From: Torpedo marmorata
Lineage: Eukaryota
Assembly (NCBI GenBank): GCA_977017645.1
Contig: OZ360229.1
Span: forward strand, 108,934,001-108,998,000
DNA: 64,000 nucleotides
Direction: 5' to 3'
Shown here: one piece after another, positions 61,235 to 64,000 of the stretch
Position numbering within the stretch: position 1 is the first letter of the stretch
How the letters are laid out: each line of letters begins with the position of its first letter
Notes under the pieces: generated by a model
The model's database searches: none
Seen by the model: only the letters and a program-made list of their open reading frames with translations
Told to the model about the DNA's origin: nothing
Program-made: the position numbers and the translations under genes

Positions 61235-64000
61235 AGCACCTATTAAAATTATCTCATGGAACGTGAAGGGGCTTAATGGACCTATAAAGCGTCGAAGGAA
61301 TTTAGCACATATTAAACATTTAAAAGCAGATATTATGTTTTTCCAAGAAACACATATCAAAAGGGCAGATAAAGACAGACCAATGTTTAAATGGATGGGA
61401 CAATTTTATCACTCAGCCTCTGAAGCCAAAATTAGGGGAGTCACCATGTTAATACAACCAAACGTACCATTTATACTACATAATAGTATAATAGATAAAA
61501 TGGGGCGCTATATTATCCTTACTGGGACATTACAGAATAAACCGATGGTTTTAGCCAATATTTATGCTCCAAATGGGGATGACCCAGTATTTTTTGAAAG
61601 AGTTTTTGATCTTCTAACGGATCTTTCCCAATACTCACTAATTTTAGGTGGAGATTTTAATTGTTGTTTGAACACAATTTTAGACTGTTCTTCAAAAAAA
61701 AAGGCTAATCTTTCAAAATCGGCTTTAACAATACGCTCTTTATTATCTCATATGGGAGGGTCTGATGTATGGAGATTTTTGAACCCTACTTCTAGAGATT
61801 ACTTTTTTCTCAAACATTCATAAAGTCTATACCAGGATTGATTATTTTTTAATTGACAACCAGTTAATTAACTTGGTTAAAGCTTGCGATTATCAAAGTA
61901 TAGTTATTTCAGATCATGCTCCAGTCTCTTTAAGTTTGGAATTCCCAAGTACTCTAAGTATTAAAAAAACAATGGCGGCTTAATACCCTATTACTTAATA
62001 ATAAAGAGTTTTTGAATTTTTTAGAGAACCAGATCCAATTCTTCTTTGAGGTCAACTCAACCCCAGATGTATCAAATTTAGTGGTTAGAGATACTATGAA
62101 AGCTGACTTACGTGGCCAAATCATTTCTTATGCAGCCAATAAAAACAAAAGGACCAGGGAAGAAAGATTAGATTTGATTAATCAAATTAAACAAATTGAT
62201 TTACAATTTGACCAAAATAGTGACTCAAATCTATTTAGAAGAAGATTTGAACTAAAATCTAAATGTGACCTTCTTTCCACATGCCCAATTGAACAACGGA
62301 TTTTAAGAACTAAAGGTCAATTTTATATCCATGGAGAGAAGTCCGGTAAACTGCTGGCTAATCAATTGAAAGCTACGTCGGTTAGTAAGCAAATTAACAA
62401 GATACGTCTTCCCGATGGTACTATTACTACTGATCATTCCAAAATAAACAATGTTTTCAAGAATTTTTATACTAATTTATATTCTTCTGAATTTAATAAC
62501 CAATACGATTTAATGAATGAATTTTTAGACCATTTGAATATACCGATAATTTCTCGGGAAAATAAAGAACTTCTAGAAGCTCCAATATCACAAGAAGAAT
62601 TGCATAAAGCAGTATTCTCATTACAATCAAATAAAGCTCTGGGGCTGGACGGTTATCCTGTGGAGTTTTACAAAACATTTTCCAAACAACTAGTCCCACA
62701 CTTAAACTTGGTATTAAATGAATCTTTCTGAGAAGGAAAATTACCCCCTTCTTTTAACGAAGCAGCTATTTTGGTGATCTTAAAAAAAGGCAAAGACTCA
62801 GAGGAATGTGCATCTTACAGGCCGATTTCCTTACTCAATGTGGATGTTAAGATTTTATCTAAAGTTTTTGGAGAATGTCTTATCAAGTATAATAAATTTG
62901 GATCAAACAGGTTTCATTAAAAATCGACATTCTTATCATAATATCCACAAACTACTGAATATCATGTATACACCCTCTACTCATAATAATGAATGCATTT
63001 TATCCTTAGACGCTGAAAAAGCGTTCGACAGAGTAGAATGGGAATATTTATTTGCCACCTTAGTAAAATTTAATTTTGGCCCAGTTTTTATACATTGGAT
63101 AAAACTTTTATATACATCTCCAATGGCCTCAATTTGTACCAATTCGCAGCAATCCAAGCTTTCTAAATTATATCGAGGCACGAGACAGGGCTCCCCTCTA
63201 AGCCCATTGCTTTTTGACTTAGTACTGGAACCACTTGCTATTGCTTTGCGGGGAAATCAAGAATTTACTGCTTATATTAAACATTTGTTGGAAATATGGA
63301 CACAGGTAGATAAAGAAATAGGTGGGAAATGATTAATTTCTTTAAATATGCCATTATATCAAAATCCTCTTTTACCATTTACTATTAATAATCAGTTATT
63401 GAAAGCATGGTTTCAAAAAGGAATTAAGAATTTTAAAGATTGTTTTGAGGCTGGAAGATTTGTTACGTTTCAAAGATTGAAGGAAAATTTTAATGTATTA
63501 GATAATACATGGTTAGCTTATTATCAAGTTAAAGCTTTTTTGATTGAGAAACTAGGAGAAGATTTGATTGCTCCAAGACATAATGAGTTAGAATTATTAA
63601 TAACTAAAGCAAATGTTAATAAGTTTATTTCTCAAATGTATAAATTATTTCAGAGAAAAATGCCTAAAGTAGGATTACATAAATCAAGATTAAAATGGGA
63701 ATTAGATTTAAATGTTAATATAGCTGAAAATCACTGGAAATATTTATGTAAATTAAGTATGACTAAAGTTATTAATGTTAGATATAGATTAGTTCAATAT
63801 AATTTTTTTCATCAACTATATTTAACACCAAAAAAATTAAAGAAATTTAATCCGACATTGTCGGATTTGTGTTTTAGATGTAAGAATGAAGTAGGTTCTT
63901 TTGTTCATTCTACATGGTTATGTCCAAAAATTCAAGATTTTTGGTTGAAAGTTAAGAATTTTTTAGATAGAGTTTTTAATGTTATGTTTCCAATGGACCC
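61235..64000 (+). pseudogene. L1 ORF2 (endonuclease + RT), frameshifted and internally deleted
   Basis: Motifs SWNVKGLN, FFQETH, NIYAPN, GGDFN, SDHAP, SLDAEKAFDRVEW and GTRQGSPLSPLLF. Near 63270 the sequence jumps to the C-terminal region, skipping YADD. Confidence 0.9.

Larger units (their letters stand above)
58535..64000 (+). mobile_element. Near full-length degenerate L1-clade LINE (continues past the window end)
   Basis: Starts GACTTCCG. ORF1 58686-60421 is split by an LTR. It is followed by an ~800-bp spacer and ORF2 with APE endonuclease, RT and a C-terminal CFRC...H...C knuckle. Confidence 0.92.

Overview
Eukaryotic, AT-rich, repeat-dense vertebrate DNA. The TE families present (HE1-type V-SINEs, CR1/HER1, Neptune-type Penelope) suggest a cartilaginous fish; this is inference. 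No host protein-coding gene can be identified with confidence, so the window looks intronic or intergenic, with a few candidate minus-strand small exons (best: 36 nt at 33006-33041). Almost all long ORFs are TE-derived: Penelope RT+GIY-YIG, Rex1/Babar RT, L1 ORF1/ORF2, a class I ERV pol fragment and a Chapaev3 transposase fragment. The most notable structure is a 4.6-kb tails-out inverted Penelope dimer (43122-47702) enclosed by one 14-bp target-site duplication (TSD). A miniature non-coding version of the same architecture (6129-7214) also has a 14-bp TSD and the same end asymmetry. Both carry minimal, dimer-type hammerhead ribozyme motifs. Also present: two copies of an unclassified ~820-bp CpG-rich non-autonomous retroelement with a Rex1-like 3' end, two solo LTRs of one family, hAT, Harbinger-like and Chapaev3 DNA elements, and an 18/54-bp higher-order minisatellite. 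All identifications were made by eye, and boundaries of old repeats are approximate.
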